Positions 39,182-52,029 of a stretch of DNA of 64,000 nt are shown in pieces (the stretch's first letter is position 1; the number at the start of each line of letters is the position of its first letter). Source of the stretch: Octopus bimaculoides (Eukaryota). Location of the stretch: the NCBI RefSeq assembly GCF_001194135.2, contig NC_068985.1, forward strand, positions 85,771,819 through 85,835,818, in the 5' to 3' direction. Position numbers and translations under genes: made by a program. Below the pieces are notes generated by a model. The model was not told where the DNA came from, searched no databases, and worked only from the letters and a program-made list of their open reading frames with translations.

Positions 39182-41039
39182 CGTACAGACATACATGTTT
39201 GTATGAATGTATTATATTTTTGATTTTCTTTGGTTTCATAATACTTGAATATTTCAATCAAATTATTTGTAATCTTTTCAAAAATTAATGACTAACTTCG
39301 AATTAGCATGACATTTTCTACATACACCAATTGCTGTGATTACTTCACCAAAAATAGCAATGTGGAACAAAAATTGAATTTGTGAAATACTGATGGAAAT
39401 CTTTGGAAATTATAATTTGTTTTAGTTGAATATATTAACGAAAACAGTGAAAAATGTTGAAATTCAGAGCAAGATTTACGTAATGCAAATTTCAAATAAC
39501 AACACTAACACAGATTATCATTATTATTATTATTATTATTATCACTATTTGTCTGAAATATAAAGATATGCAGAAGAAAATATTTGTAATTGAAGTAGGA
39601 ACATTTTTAGTAAGAAGTTGAGGAAAGAACTGAAAAAAAAAAAGAATCTGTTTTCTAACTAGATTGATAAAACTAAGTTAGGAAATGGAATTTAGAATTG
39701 TATTGAAAATTGAATGGGAAAATGTAATTTCAGGCTCAGGAGAGAACTTTAGGATTTCCCTCACCTCATTATATGGAGCTCCAGTATGGCCTTTGTGGGG
39801 ATGACTTGAACAAACCATTGTAGTGAGTGGCAGATTTCCATGTATTTCTTCAGGTTAATAACTTATTGTTTTGAACCATTGGCCGAATAAAAAGCTAATA
39901 CAAAACTCGGCTCTGTTTCCTCTTGAATTTTCTGCAGAATCATCAGAGGATTGGACAAAGTGGTTTGTGGTATTTGTTCACTACAACCTCTGAGTTCAAA
40001 TTTCACCAAAGTCAACTTTGCCACTTTGCTTTTCACTTTTTCCAGGTTGATAAAATAATGTAGCACTCAATTACTGGGCCAATGAAATCAACTAGTCTCT
40101 CTCTCTCTCTCTCTCTCTCTTGCTAAAATTGGTGGCCTTGTGCCAATATTTATAACTATAATTATTATTATTATTATTACTATTATTATTATTATTATTA
40201 TTAATGATAATAATAACAACAACAACAATGACCTTAATAATGTTTTTTGAGAAACTAAACAGAACAGAGTGTAAACTTCTTCAGTTTTGCAGATACAAGT
40301 TGATGCAGTTGTTTGGTCTACTAGAAATAGTGACCAAATTATCCTCATACTATCTTACTGTCTTAAAAGAAAGGCTAGAAAGAATACAATTGTTACTATA
40401 GCTCTAGATATATTGTGCCTGAAACTAAAATGGAAAGATTATAGCTAGGTTGTGATCATAGGACTGCTACGTGACAACTTTGAGTGAAACAACAATAACG
40501 ATATCTTATAAATGTTTTTTTTTCTTTTTCCTGTTTTTATTTATGATGTCAATGACTATCATTAATGTTTTTTTTTTGCTTTTTGTCTGTGATTAATAAG
40601 AAACTTGTCGTATTTCTTTTCTCATAGAAAGACTTTCTCCAGTGTCCAGTGGATAGATTAAAATCTATCCAGTGGACACATTTATAATTCAATTCTATCA
40701 ATCTTCCCCTTATCAATAAGTTAGGCCAATGAAGAAGATGAAGGACCAACTAAGGAACTGTCGAACATTAAGTGCCACACTGACATCTATAATGAAGTCT
40801 TCTACTGAAACGGTTCTTTTGCTGACAGAACCAACTGAAGGTTGATGTTAGATTTAACCCAAGTTATCTAAGAAATACAACATTACAAGAAGAATTCCCC
40901 TAACGTCTTCGTTTCCTGCTTTAAAATACATGAAAATAGATCTGAAGGAATGCTACAATGTACAATAGCACTGGCTACTTTATTGAACATTTCCAATATA
41001 GGGACACACCAGCACTAGACCAGACACGCACACATGCAT

Positions 41040-41093
<54 letters not shown>

Positions 41094-41732
41094 NNNNNNN
41101 NNNNNNNNNNNNNNNNNNNNNNNNNNNNNNNNNNNNNNNNNNNNNNNNNNNNNNNNNNNNNNNNNNNNNNNNNNNNNNNNNNNNNNNNNNNNNNNNNNNN
41201 NNNNNNNNNNNNNNNNNNNNNNNNNNNNNNNNNNNNNNNNNNNNNNNNNNNNNNNNNNNNNNNNNNNNNNNNNNNNNNNNNNNNNNNNNNNNNNNNNNNN
41301 NNNNNNNNNNNNNNNNNNNNNNNNNNNNNNNNNNNNNNNNNNNNNNNNNNNNNNNNNNNNNNNNNNNNNNNGTGAACTCATTTGGAGACACAGGTTCTTC
41401 TTAATCACAGACTTGAGACAGGAAAGCTTGACTTGGAGGTTCTTGTGCAGCTATAACAAGTTTCCTTTCACTGATTTCTCACTTTTTTTCATAGAAATAA
41501 TTCACCCCATCTTTGCCTCCACTCCCTCTCTCTCCCTCTCTCTCCCTCTCTCTCTCCTCATCTCTCTCTTATACAAATAAATCAAAACAAAATCAAGTTT
41601 GTTTTCAAACTATGATTAGAGATCCATGATAAAAAAATATTAAATTAATAAAACCTAAAATGCCAAGAAGGCATCAAGAATTGTGGAACTGAATACAAGA
41701 TGGTTCTTTTAGGTTCTTTTATTCTTTTACTT

Positions 41733-41951
41733 GTTTCAATCATTTGACTGTGGTCATGCTGGAGCACTTTCTTGAAGAAATTGACTTCAGGACTTATTCT
41801 TTGTAAGCCTAGTATTTATTTTATTGGTTTCTTTTGCCAAACCGCTAAGTTACAGGGACATAAGCACACTAGCAGCAGTTGTCAAGCGATGGTGGGGGGA
41901 CAAACACAGACACACACACAAATATATACATACATGTATACACACACACAT

Positions 41952-41987
<36 letters not shown>

Positions 41988-42140
41988 GACAGGCTTTTTT
42001 CAGTTTCCATCAACCAAATCCACCCACAAGGCCTTGGTCAGCCCGAGGCTATAGTAGAAGACACTTGCCCAAGATGCCATACAGTAGGCCTGAACCCAAA
42101 ACCATGTGGTTACGAAGCAAGCTTCTTACCACACAGATAC
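41733..42140 (-). mobile_element. SINE family B, near full length with internal (CA)/(TA) microsatellite
   Basis: CAAACCGCTAAGTTAC..TTTCAGTTTCCATCAACCAAATCC..TAGTAGAAGACACTTGCCCAAG..CCATGTGGTT. Confidence 0.8.
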
Positions 42141-43348
42141 GTCTGTGCTTTGACATATCAAAAATGAAAGTTTGATTAGAAGAAGGTATTGAGACAGAAA
42201 TATAAGTGTGATAGATTTTGATGCATTTCTTCATACGATTGCTGTCTTTGTCTCTGTTGGTTGGTCTTGGAATAATTTAAGAGAGAAAGGAAGAAAATGT
42301 TGATTAGTGTGCAGAATTGCTCACACTGGGCAACAGGATGGAATTGCTGGGAAGAAAAGAAATACATTATGGGAGGGAGAGAAAATAATATATTCTGATG
42401 TGAATTATTTTATCTTATTAAGAGGAGAAAGAGAAAAAGAAAGAAACGTAAGAAAAGAAATCATGTTTCTGAAATTATACATAACTAAGTCATTGAAACT
42501 AACTGCTTATATACATATATATATACATATATATATATGTGTGTGTGTGTGTGTATATATTCTTAGCCATGCTAGCATGGTAAAACCTGATGTGAGCCAA
42601 TAAATGAATGAGATACATGCATATACACATACACACACATATGCAAATACACACATATATACACACACATACATATACACATATGTGCGTATGTGTGTGT
42701 GTGAGAGAGTGAGAAAGAAAGAGAGAGAGAGAGAGTGCATGTATATTTGTATATCTGCTTAGAAGTCAACTAGTGTTCTCTAATGAAAACCTATCAGGAT
42801 AAACAATGGTCAACAGTCCGTCCCTTGTAGGTGTCCTTATAACAGCTGCCTTGCCACAGGGATTGCTTGTTATTAGCACAAATTGTACTGAATGATGAAA
42901 AAACCCCTGAATTGGTGACACCAATCAATGACATATTAAAGAAAGTTAGAGGAGATGCCTTTTTATTCAAAGAAAAGTCTTTAACAAAATGTGACAATGG
43001 AAGCTTTTTCTGCTGCCATATTCTTCAGTTTCCCTTTGTTATACAAAGCAATAATGTCGCTGTAAATTAAAATTGCTCATCCATTCTATGGCCCAAAGCT
43101 AAACACATTTATACATCTGATGGCTGAAAAACAGCAAGTGCAATCGCTGAAAATAATTTGGAATTAATTTCTGTTCACATAGCTGTGTGGTTCAAATGTT
43201 TGGTTTGCAATCATGTGGTTTCACATTTGGTCTTACAGCAGAGGACCTTGGTCAAGATTCTTTTACCATAATATCTGGGTGACCAACATCTTACAAGTTC
43301 AACTTGGGAATGGGAACTGTGTGGTAGCTCATCCATATATATATATTA

Positions 43349-44205
43349 CATGGAAAAATGTGAGAAAGAGAATTAACATTCTTAAGATTATAAACCTGGA
43401 AAATTACAGGACAAGTTATAACACTTGGAAAAGTTCAGGACAACTTATTACATCTTCTAAAGTACAGAATAAGAAAATTCTTACTTAAAATATTGCAGCT
43501 AAGGATAAAATTTCAAATGAAATATTTAGATTTAGAAAATATTAGCTTTTATTAAAACTAAAAATTCTATTATAAGTTATTACTTCTATTTGTTATTACT
43601 AGTTACTTCTATTGAAAATAAAAAAATAACTCAAAATATTTTTTGTACTTAAAAAAATATCCATTTTTTAAATTATTAATTGATAATTAGAAATTTGAAA
43701 ACAAGTTATAAAAAATAATTGTAGTACATAATTAGTACAATAAATAGAATAATGCAAAAATTAATTATATATTACAGTAAAATCTACCTATAACAACAAA
43801 TTCAGGGTAAAATTTGCTTGAGATATTGCCTGAGTTTTTGCCAGGTTTTCACATTTTTAGCCTTGACCCAATGCCTATTTTTTACATAATGAATTTGCCT
43901 ACCATATAAATTATTCTACTTTGCATAAAACTTTAGCTATATTGGTACCTCTAGCTCCCCTTTTAAAAATATTCTAGTGTGTCAATATTTTAACAACATG
44001 ATGGTACCATTTTTAATCATAATGTTACTTTGTAAATTAAAATCAAATAATTTAACTGCAATATTTTAAGTAAGAATTTTCTTGTTCTGTACTTTACCAG
44101 ATGTAATAAGTTGTCCTGAACTTTTCCAAGTGTAATAACTTGTCATGTAATTTTGCAGGTTTATAATTTTAAGAATATTATTTCTCTTGCTTGCCTTTTC
44201 CCATG
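43349..44205. mobile_element. MITE with ~155-bp terminal inverted repeats and TA flanks
   Basis: 43349-43502 vs 44052-44205 are inverted (about 85-90% identity). TA-CATGG...CCATG-TA ends; very AT-rich non-coding interior. Confidence 0.75.
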
Positions 44206-44827
44206 TAATCCATGTTTTTTCCAGACTATTATGCTAATTAATAATGTGTCAACTGTGTCAATTAGCGGAAAAAAAAGATGGTAGGGTCTGGAAAGGAATG
44301 GCTGTGATGAAAGTCTTCCCTGTGCCACAAGTGTAAATGATTGGAAGTAACATTCTTAATGATACATGGTAATAATCTGGGTTAATGAATAAAGCTCCTA
44401 GTCCTGCTAAAAAGAACAGCTAAATCTCACTCGAATTACACACAGGCATCTTCAGGAAAAGGACATGTGAGTCACTGCCAGAATGGCTTTCATCACATTG
44501 ACCTGCTGAATCAGGGTTCATTCAGCAGGTCAAACATCAACAACATTTCAAATTTTTTTTTGATTCTTCAATCATCTGACAAAAGTTGTTACTGTGTCAA
44601 AACAAAACATGTAGTAGCAGCAGCAGCAGCAGCAGCCATTCCAAAACCGATTCTGACACACTGAGTCATGTCAAACACAGATTTTAGAAGAATTCTGTGT
44701 TCTGGAAATGTCTCAATTACTTTGATATTTGATCAGAAAATTCAAACAGAAAATCTAGCTCTTCCCTAGAATCATCATACATTGCAACTAAATGTGAAAT
44801 GGTCTTCTTTCTTTCTTTTTATCTATC

Positions 44828-44858
<31 letters not shown>

Positions 44859-45572
44859 NNNNNNNNNNNNNNNNNNNNNNNNNNNNNNNNNNNNNNNNNN
44901 NNNNNNNNNNNNNNNNNNNNNNNNNNNNNNNNNNNNNNNNNNNNNNNNNNNNNNNNNNNNNNNNNNNNNNNNNNNNNNNNNNNNNNNNNNNNNNNNNNNN
45001 NNNNNNNNNNNNNNNNNNNNNNNNNNNNNNNNNNNNNNNNNNNNNNNNNNNNNNNNNNNNNNNNNNNNNNNNNNNNNNNNNNNNNNNNNNNNNNNNNNNN
45101 NNNNNNNNNNNNNNNNNNNNNNNNNNNNNNNNNNNNNNNNNNNNNNNNNNNNNNNNNNNNNNNNNNNNNNNNNNNNNNNNNNNNNNNNNNNNNNNNNNNN
45201 NNNNNNNNNNNNNNNNNNNNNNNNNNNNNNNNNNNNNNNNNNNNNNNNNNNNNNNNNNNNNNNNNNNNNNNNNNNNNNNNNNNNNNNNNNNNNNNNNNNN
45301 NNNNNNNNNNNNNNNNNNNNNNNNNNNNNNNNNNNNNNNNNNNNNNNNNNNNNNNNNNNNNNNNNNNNNNNNNNNNNNNNNNNNNNNNNNNNNNNNNNNN
45401 NNNNNNNNNNNNNNNNNNNNNNNNNNNNNNNNNNNNNNNNNNNNNCAACCAACATTCTTTGATCAAATGATAACAGAAGTGGTTAAAATAGGAGCTGAAA
45501 CCACCACCACCACCACCACCACCACCACCACCAATAATAATGATGATGATGATGATGATCATAATAATAATC

Positions 45573-46034
45573 CTGTTGAATGTTTCTGGCAATCTATCCA
45601 AGTCATGTTGAAGTTTGTCTTCCTCTCTTTTACAATCCTCTATTATGGCTCGATTTAGCAGAAGCTGCTCTTCACCACTACATTTCTTTCTGACACCCCT
45701 TTTGTTCTTCTGGTAAAACAATGCTGTCTTCCAGGTGTATCATGAACCAGTTATAGATGAGTGAGGTGAGAGTTTTGTAGGTTGTTGATAGACATGTTAT
45801 TGGCTAATAATTTTGTGGGTGATTGGTGTCTTTGTTCTTGGGAATTTGGGTGGTTTGTTCTTCCAGCATCCAGTTTTGTGTTGATTCCAGCTTGCATATT
45901 ATCAAATTAAATACTACTGCTATGTGAGTATGAGTAGTGGGGAAGAGTTTCAGCCAGACCTTGGAGACCCTGTCTATTCTTGGTGTTTTCCAGACACTGC
46001 TACTCCTCAGTGCATCCGTGAAATCTTGGCTCAT
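45573..46034 (-). pseudogene. R4/Dong-type (RLE-clade) LINE reverse transcriptase remnant
   Basis: WKTPRIDRVSKVWLKLFP..WMLEEQTTQIPKNKDTNHPQNY*PITCLST.YK; G.RKK.SGEEQLLLNRAIIEDCKR; NFNMTWIDCQK (cf. NLSMAWIDYKKAFD). Contains stops and frameshifts. Confidence 0.85.
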
Positions 46035-46252
46035 GATGGTGGGTCATACCTGTGGTGCTATTTTGCCTTTCTTTTCCTTTTTCCTATTCGTCCATTCAGC
46101 ATTTTTGTTGTGTTGTTCTGTGAAATCTTTTTGTGCCTATTTTGAATTCTTTATTATTATTATTATTATTTTATGTTTGACTTTTGCTTTGCATTTGTAC
46201 AAGTTGGATCCAAGTCTCACCCAGAGACCTCAAGAGACAACAAGTTAGAAGT

Positions 46253-46311
<59 letters not shown>

Positions 46312-46643
46312 GTTGTTGTTATTAAGGCAATGAGCTGGTAGAATCATTAGCACACTATCTGAGCAACAAACTTCTTCCAGCTACCGGTTTTCCGAATGTC
46401 CTGAAGAAGGGATCTTCACCCCAAAATATAGAAATACAAGGAAAAACTGCAACTTTGTTCTGTTTTCCTTAGAGTTTATAATTTACTTTCCACCTTTTCA
46501 CATTGTTTTGGCTTTACACAACTACGTTCTTTAAAGTTATACTTCAAAATGCTTCACAAAAACTACCTCAATATATCTATCTATTTATATATATATATAT
46601 ATACACACATACATACATACATATATACATATATATATACACA

Positions 46644-46675
<32 letters not shown>

Positions 46676-46777
46676 CACATATATACATATATATATACTT
46701 ATATATTTATTTATATATATATATATATAAATATATATATGTGTATATGCATATGTACATACACACACACACACACA

Positions 46778-46819
<42 letters not shown>

Positions 46820-48513
46820 CTCACAGGATATACATGTATGGAATGTATGGAGCATGCAACAATGAGAATCAGCGCAAGCAGGATAATCGATGACAATGAT
46901 GACAATGATGACAATGATGATGATGAGAGCAATGACAACAAAAACAAACTAATGATGATGGTTCTGAAATAGTTGATGGCAGGTGATGGCGATGGAGGTG
47001 GTGATGGTGGGGGGGTGGGTGGTCGTTCAATGATGATAGGTTATGAGAGAAAGTGTTTTGGCAGCCATTGGTCATTGATCAATGAATAGAAGCGAAAATG
47101 GATCTGGTCATTTGGACGATGTGTGATCAATTTGTGGACTTTGTGAACTAATCAAACACTGGCAGCTAAGTATTTCCACAGATAAACAGTAGAATCAATA
47201 ACAACCCACTCACTATACAGCTACAACAACAACAGCAACAACAACAATTCATCAAGTGGAATCGGAGCAACTGTTTTCATTGCAAGTTTGGCTATGGTGA
47301 CCTTCCTCAAAGACCTTTCACTCTAATTCACTGTTTCGAACTTTGAATCCATGTGTGAGTGTGTATTCATCAATGGTTCTAGGTAGATATGTATATGTTC
47401 TGTGATGATGATGATGATGATGATGATGATGCAAGTATGTATGTATAAATGCATGTTTGTGTGTGTGTCTGTCTACACCTTTTCTGTCTGTAAGTCAATA
47501 TATATGTGTGACCAATGACGACGATGATGGTGATGATGGTGTATGTGACTATATTTATGTCAATGTGTGGTTTAATCTGTTGATTGGTGTCACATCACTA
47601 CCTGGTCCTTTCACAGTATCAACATTTTGTGTGTGTGTGTGTGTGAATACCTGATACATGTGTGTATCTATGCTTGTGTATGTATGTGTACATGTATTTA
47701 TGAATGTGTGTCTGCATGTCTATGTACATTTGTTGGTGTTTAGCCTTAAATGAGCACCCTAATGTGTGCTGTGAACATCCCCTATTAGCTTTTGCAGAGG
47801 TAACATTGTATATCTAAGACTACATTCCTAATTTTGTTTTTCCTAATTTAAAATGGTCAGGTATGACTGGAGGCAGCTTTGACCATTAATTCTAGCAGAT
47901 CAAGTCACCAGGTAGACGCTCATTGGTTGGCTTCTGTTTTAACATTGATGTATGTGTCTGTGTGTGTGTGTGTGCATGTCCATCTCTATATGGCTATATG
48001 TGAGTGTATGTGTGAGCCATATGTATGTGTTTCACATTCACATTTATCTGTGTGTCTCTGTGTCCACGTATGTGCGTGTATCATTTGCATTTAATGTTGA
48101 TGTCTGTCTTTATATCTTGAAGCCTTTGTAGCATCAGACAAAGTACCTTGCACTATCAACTTACAGTCACTTGCATTCTGAGTTCAAATCCTGCCAATGT
48201 CAACTTTGCCCTTCAATGTCCACTTTACATGCTGGCATGGATTGGATGGGGGCATCACAGCCTCGGTTACTTCCCATCGGCAGTGACTGTTTCCAAACTC
48301 CAACAGCTTTTGTGTGTTATTTGGTCTGGTTTCTGCAGCTGGAGACTCTTCTTAATGCCAACCACTTGACAGAGAGTCTTGGATTATAGCCCCAACACTT
48401 AACAAGCTGAAGAGTTCTCAGTGAGACAGGTTTCAAGGGACCTCACAACTCTCCTCCCTGCTTATGTAACCAAACAGTAAATAGCAGAGGGATCAATGAC
48501 AACAGGAAGGAGA

Positions 48514-48563
<50 letters not shown>

Positions 48564-49708
48564 CAGAGTGTGTGTGTGTATGTGTTTTCCGTCCCTAAGT
48601 CAGCTTATACATGTGTGACTATATATATATCAATGTTAGTGTGTGTATATATCACATAAACAATCACTTAGTTTAACGTCATCCCCTGGTCCTTGGGTGC
48701 AATTCACAAAATCCCCTTTTGCCAATCTGTGGACCAGGACTCTGAGGAAGGACTCTTTCTTATATTCCTACTGATCTTAGAAACCCTAAAATTGTCAAGG
48801 TACCATCCTTCAGCTTCTAAATTGTGAAAATAAATTTATAAACTATGTATGTGTATATGTAAGTGCCTGTATTTATCAGTGTGAGTGTGTATGTATGTAC
48901 GACAGTCCTTCATGCATATTCATTTGTTTCTTTGAGTGTATGTGTAAGTCTGTATATATGTATGCACATACGTATGTCTTTTCAGTCATGTGACTATACA
49001 TGCATACTTATGTGTACAAATTTATGCATACATGCTAAAGTGCATATGCATGTCTATGAGCATCTCAGTGATGAATAAGTATGTACTTGTGTATATGTGT
49101 GCATGTGTATAAGCACATATATGGGAAATTTATATGCGTGCATATTTGTGTGTGTATTCAAGACAATATGAAATCACACATGCACACACATATGAGAGAA
49201 TAGGTACATCTATGGGAAATATGGATATTAGGGTGTGTGAATTTGAGAGAATATCCATTGGGACATACATCTATGTATGCGTATGTGTGTGTATGCATGT
49301 GTGTGTGAGAAAAAGAAAGAACATGTGCCAATGGATAAATGTGTGTGTGTGTGTGTGTGCATATCACCATGTCAATAGAAATATTCCCAAAAGGCAGAGA
49401 ATTAATATCTGGGATATTTTTAATCATTCCACTCAATCTTCAATTATGGCCCTGCCAATCTATTCCTGCTAAGTGCTTTACCACTGATTATATAGAGGAA
49501 CTAAGAATATTTGCCGATATTTTAGTAGCAACAATATATTTTTCTCACTTTAATAAAACCTTTCACTCTATTACAGACAATTTTTCTCTTCTTTTGTGAT
49601 GTACAACTTTCCCCATGCCATCAAATGCCACACACTCCTGATAACTCTATCCCTGTACTCCTATTAAAACTATATTTTGAGACAACTCTATGAATGAGGG
49701 AGTATGAC

Positions 49709-49829
49709 ATCATCATCATCATCACCGTCATCATCATCATCATCACCGTCATCATCATCATCATCACCGTCATCATCATCATCATCATCATCATCATCAC
49801 CGTCATCATCATCATCATCACCGTCATCA
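49709..49829. repeat. (CAT)n array with periodic CACCGT interruptions (~21-nt higher-order unit)
   Basis: CATCATCATCATCATCACCGT repeated about five times with length variation. Confidence 0.9.
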
Positions 49830-50074
49830 TGCTAAAGACATCTTGCAAAGTCTTGTGTAATACAGTGAGCTGACAAATGCTTACAGATTATTTATGCAAT
49901 TAGTATGTAAAATCTCTTTGTAGACGTTTTGACAACGTGTCACAGTCCATCTAGGAAAATATAACCAAATCTAAAATATATTATTCAAGGAAAATACATT
50001 CAACAAAGAATTTTGGGAATTATATGAAAGAGAGAATAGGACACTTCCAGTTTTGAATATATATGTCAATGCAC

Positions 50075-50445
50075 ACATCTAACACCAACCACTCCAAGAG
50101 TGTAGTGGGTGCTTTTTATGTGCCATCGGCACAGGAGCCTGGCAACGACCATGATCAGTTGATGCTTTTTACATGTCACCAGCACGGAAGCCAGTGAAGG
50201 CGGTGCTGGCATCGGCCACGTTCTACCCTGGATTTCTTCCACTGTTTGACAGCGGCACTTCTTCACCCATCTCTCCTCATCCATCCGTAGTACATAACCA
50301 TAGCAATGCAAATGTCTCTCTTGCACACCACATCCAATGCTTCTTATGTCCAACTTTTCTCTCAGGGCACTTACACTCTGTCGTGTGTGCACACTGACAT
50401 TACACATCCAGCGGATCATGGTACCTTCATTTCTTTCGAGCCTAA
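50075..50445 (-). mobile_element. RTE LINE fragment (RT tail plus 3' UTR pieces)
   Basis: ERNEGTMIRWMCNVSVHTRQSVSALREKLDIRSIGCGVQERHL; homologous to 18.0-18.15 kb. Confidence 0.85.
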
Positions 50446-50461
50446 CGCATACACATGCAGT

Positions 50462-50553
<92 letters not shown>

Positions 50554-50561
50554 CATATAAC

Positions 50562-50854
50562 ATTCGTAGCCACTTTAACATGGCTGCCCATTCTAGCAGA
50601 CTCTATTGCAATTTTTTAACCCCAAAAGGACATCTCCTCTAGCTGGTTAACGATGCACAGCTGCAGAAATAGCCTGAAACCAGGACTGGTCGACTGGCCT
50701 CATCACTGCGAGATGGTAGGGGTCACTCCCCTGCACACAGTTTTATTGGATGCAGCTGTGCATCGTTAACCAGCTAGAGGAGATGTCCTCTTGGGGTTAA
50801 AAAATCGCAGTAGAGTCTGCACGAACAGACAGCCATGTTAAGGTGACTACGAAT
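50562..50854. mobile_element. Fold-back element: 104-bp inverted arms around a hammerhead half
   Basis: Arms 50562-50665 and 50751-50854 differ at 10 of 104 positions, with the inner ~39 bp perfect. The 85-nt spacer starts GAAATAGCCTGAAACCAGGACTGGTC. Confidence 0.75.
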
Positions 50855-51996
50855 ATTACTTGTCAGTACAACTACTGCGTTCATCTCTTAGATTTTACAT
50901 CTAGCAATTTTGATTATGTGTGTGTGTGTGTGTGTGTGTATCATTACTCAGCATCAAGCTTCCATGCCGACATGTGCAAGATGGTTTGAGAGGAGCCAAT
51001 GAGGTGGAGGGCTGTAGTGAGTCCTGATGTTTGTTATGAAGATGACAGGTGGAGGAAAGGTTGACGGGGACAGAATGGGAGCAGAGAAAGGGCCCAGTGA
51101 GTATATACAGATCAATCATATTTTTTGCTGAGAAGGACAGCTGACTTAATACTGTGAATAACCATTCACCTTTATCTTTTGCCTTCTCTATGAGGTTCAA
51201 CAAGTGAAAGTTGGACTTCTTCACTTTACTCTCTGTCTTTCTAGGTTTCACTCTTCCACCTGTCTCAAAGGAATCCATCTGGACTATTCAAGCATGGAAA
51301 AGTGCAAGTCAAAATGCTGCTGCTGCTGATATGTGTGTGTGTGTACATAATGGCATTGCATTAGCATGACCACAGCCAACGAGTCATAAAAGGTAATTGA
51401 GTATGTATATATATATATATATATATGTACATATACACACGCACACACACACATATATACATATATATACATATATATATGTGTACATACACACACACAC
51501 ACACACACACAAACACATGTACATCATGCACATGGACACACGTAACAAGAACTGAGAGCGAGAACAATGCTGTATAGAAATGATAAATTTATCTGGTGAT
51601 GAGTCTCATTGAAATATGAGGAAATCTCATCTTTTGCTTGAACTCTGCTTAAAAATAAACCTCGCTCCTCTTAATGAATATCAATAAGTGTCAGTAAGCT
51701 AAAATCAATTTCTTACATTAAGGAAAAACTCGACCCAACCAAGAGAAGAATCTCCTGCTATGTGTTTCATGTATTTCTCCTGATTAGTATGCACCTAGTT
51801 GTCATTAGCAACTTAATTTATCTTTAGATTGTCTGGAGCCCAGGAAGTGTTTGTGCTTCTCTGCAGATAGATTTCTGAAACTCGTGACAGAAGGCTGTAT
51901 GTAAAACTGTATCATCGCGCTTCTTCTCCTTTTCTTTCTTGTCTGTGAGTATGAATGCACCACCACCACCACCACCACTACTACTACTGATGATAA

Positions 51997-52029
<33 letters not shown>

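Noticed and set aside
49709-49829. Regularly interrupted repeat arrays (also 6617-6815, 57592-57750) as CRISPR-like arrays
   Set aside because: No unique spacers and a eukaryotic context; these are higher-order microsatellites or tandem repeats.
50693-50745. Possible HDV-like ribozyme (CCTCATCAC loop-like motif plus AGGGG/CCCCT stem)
   Set aside because: Could not assign P1/P2 pairings or a C-(G/U)-A-A junction.
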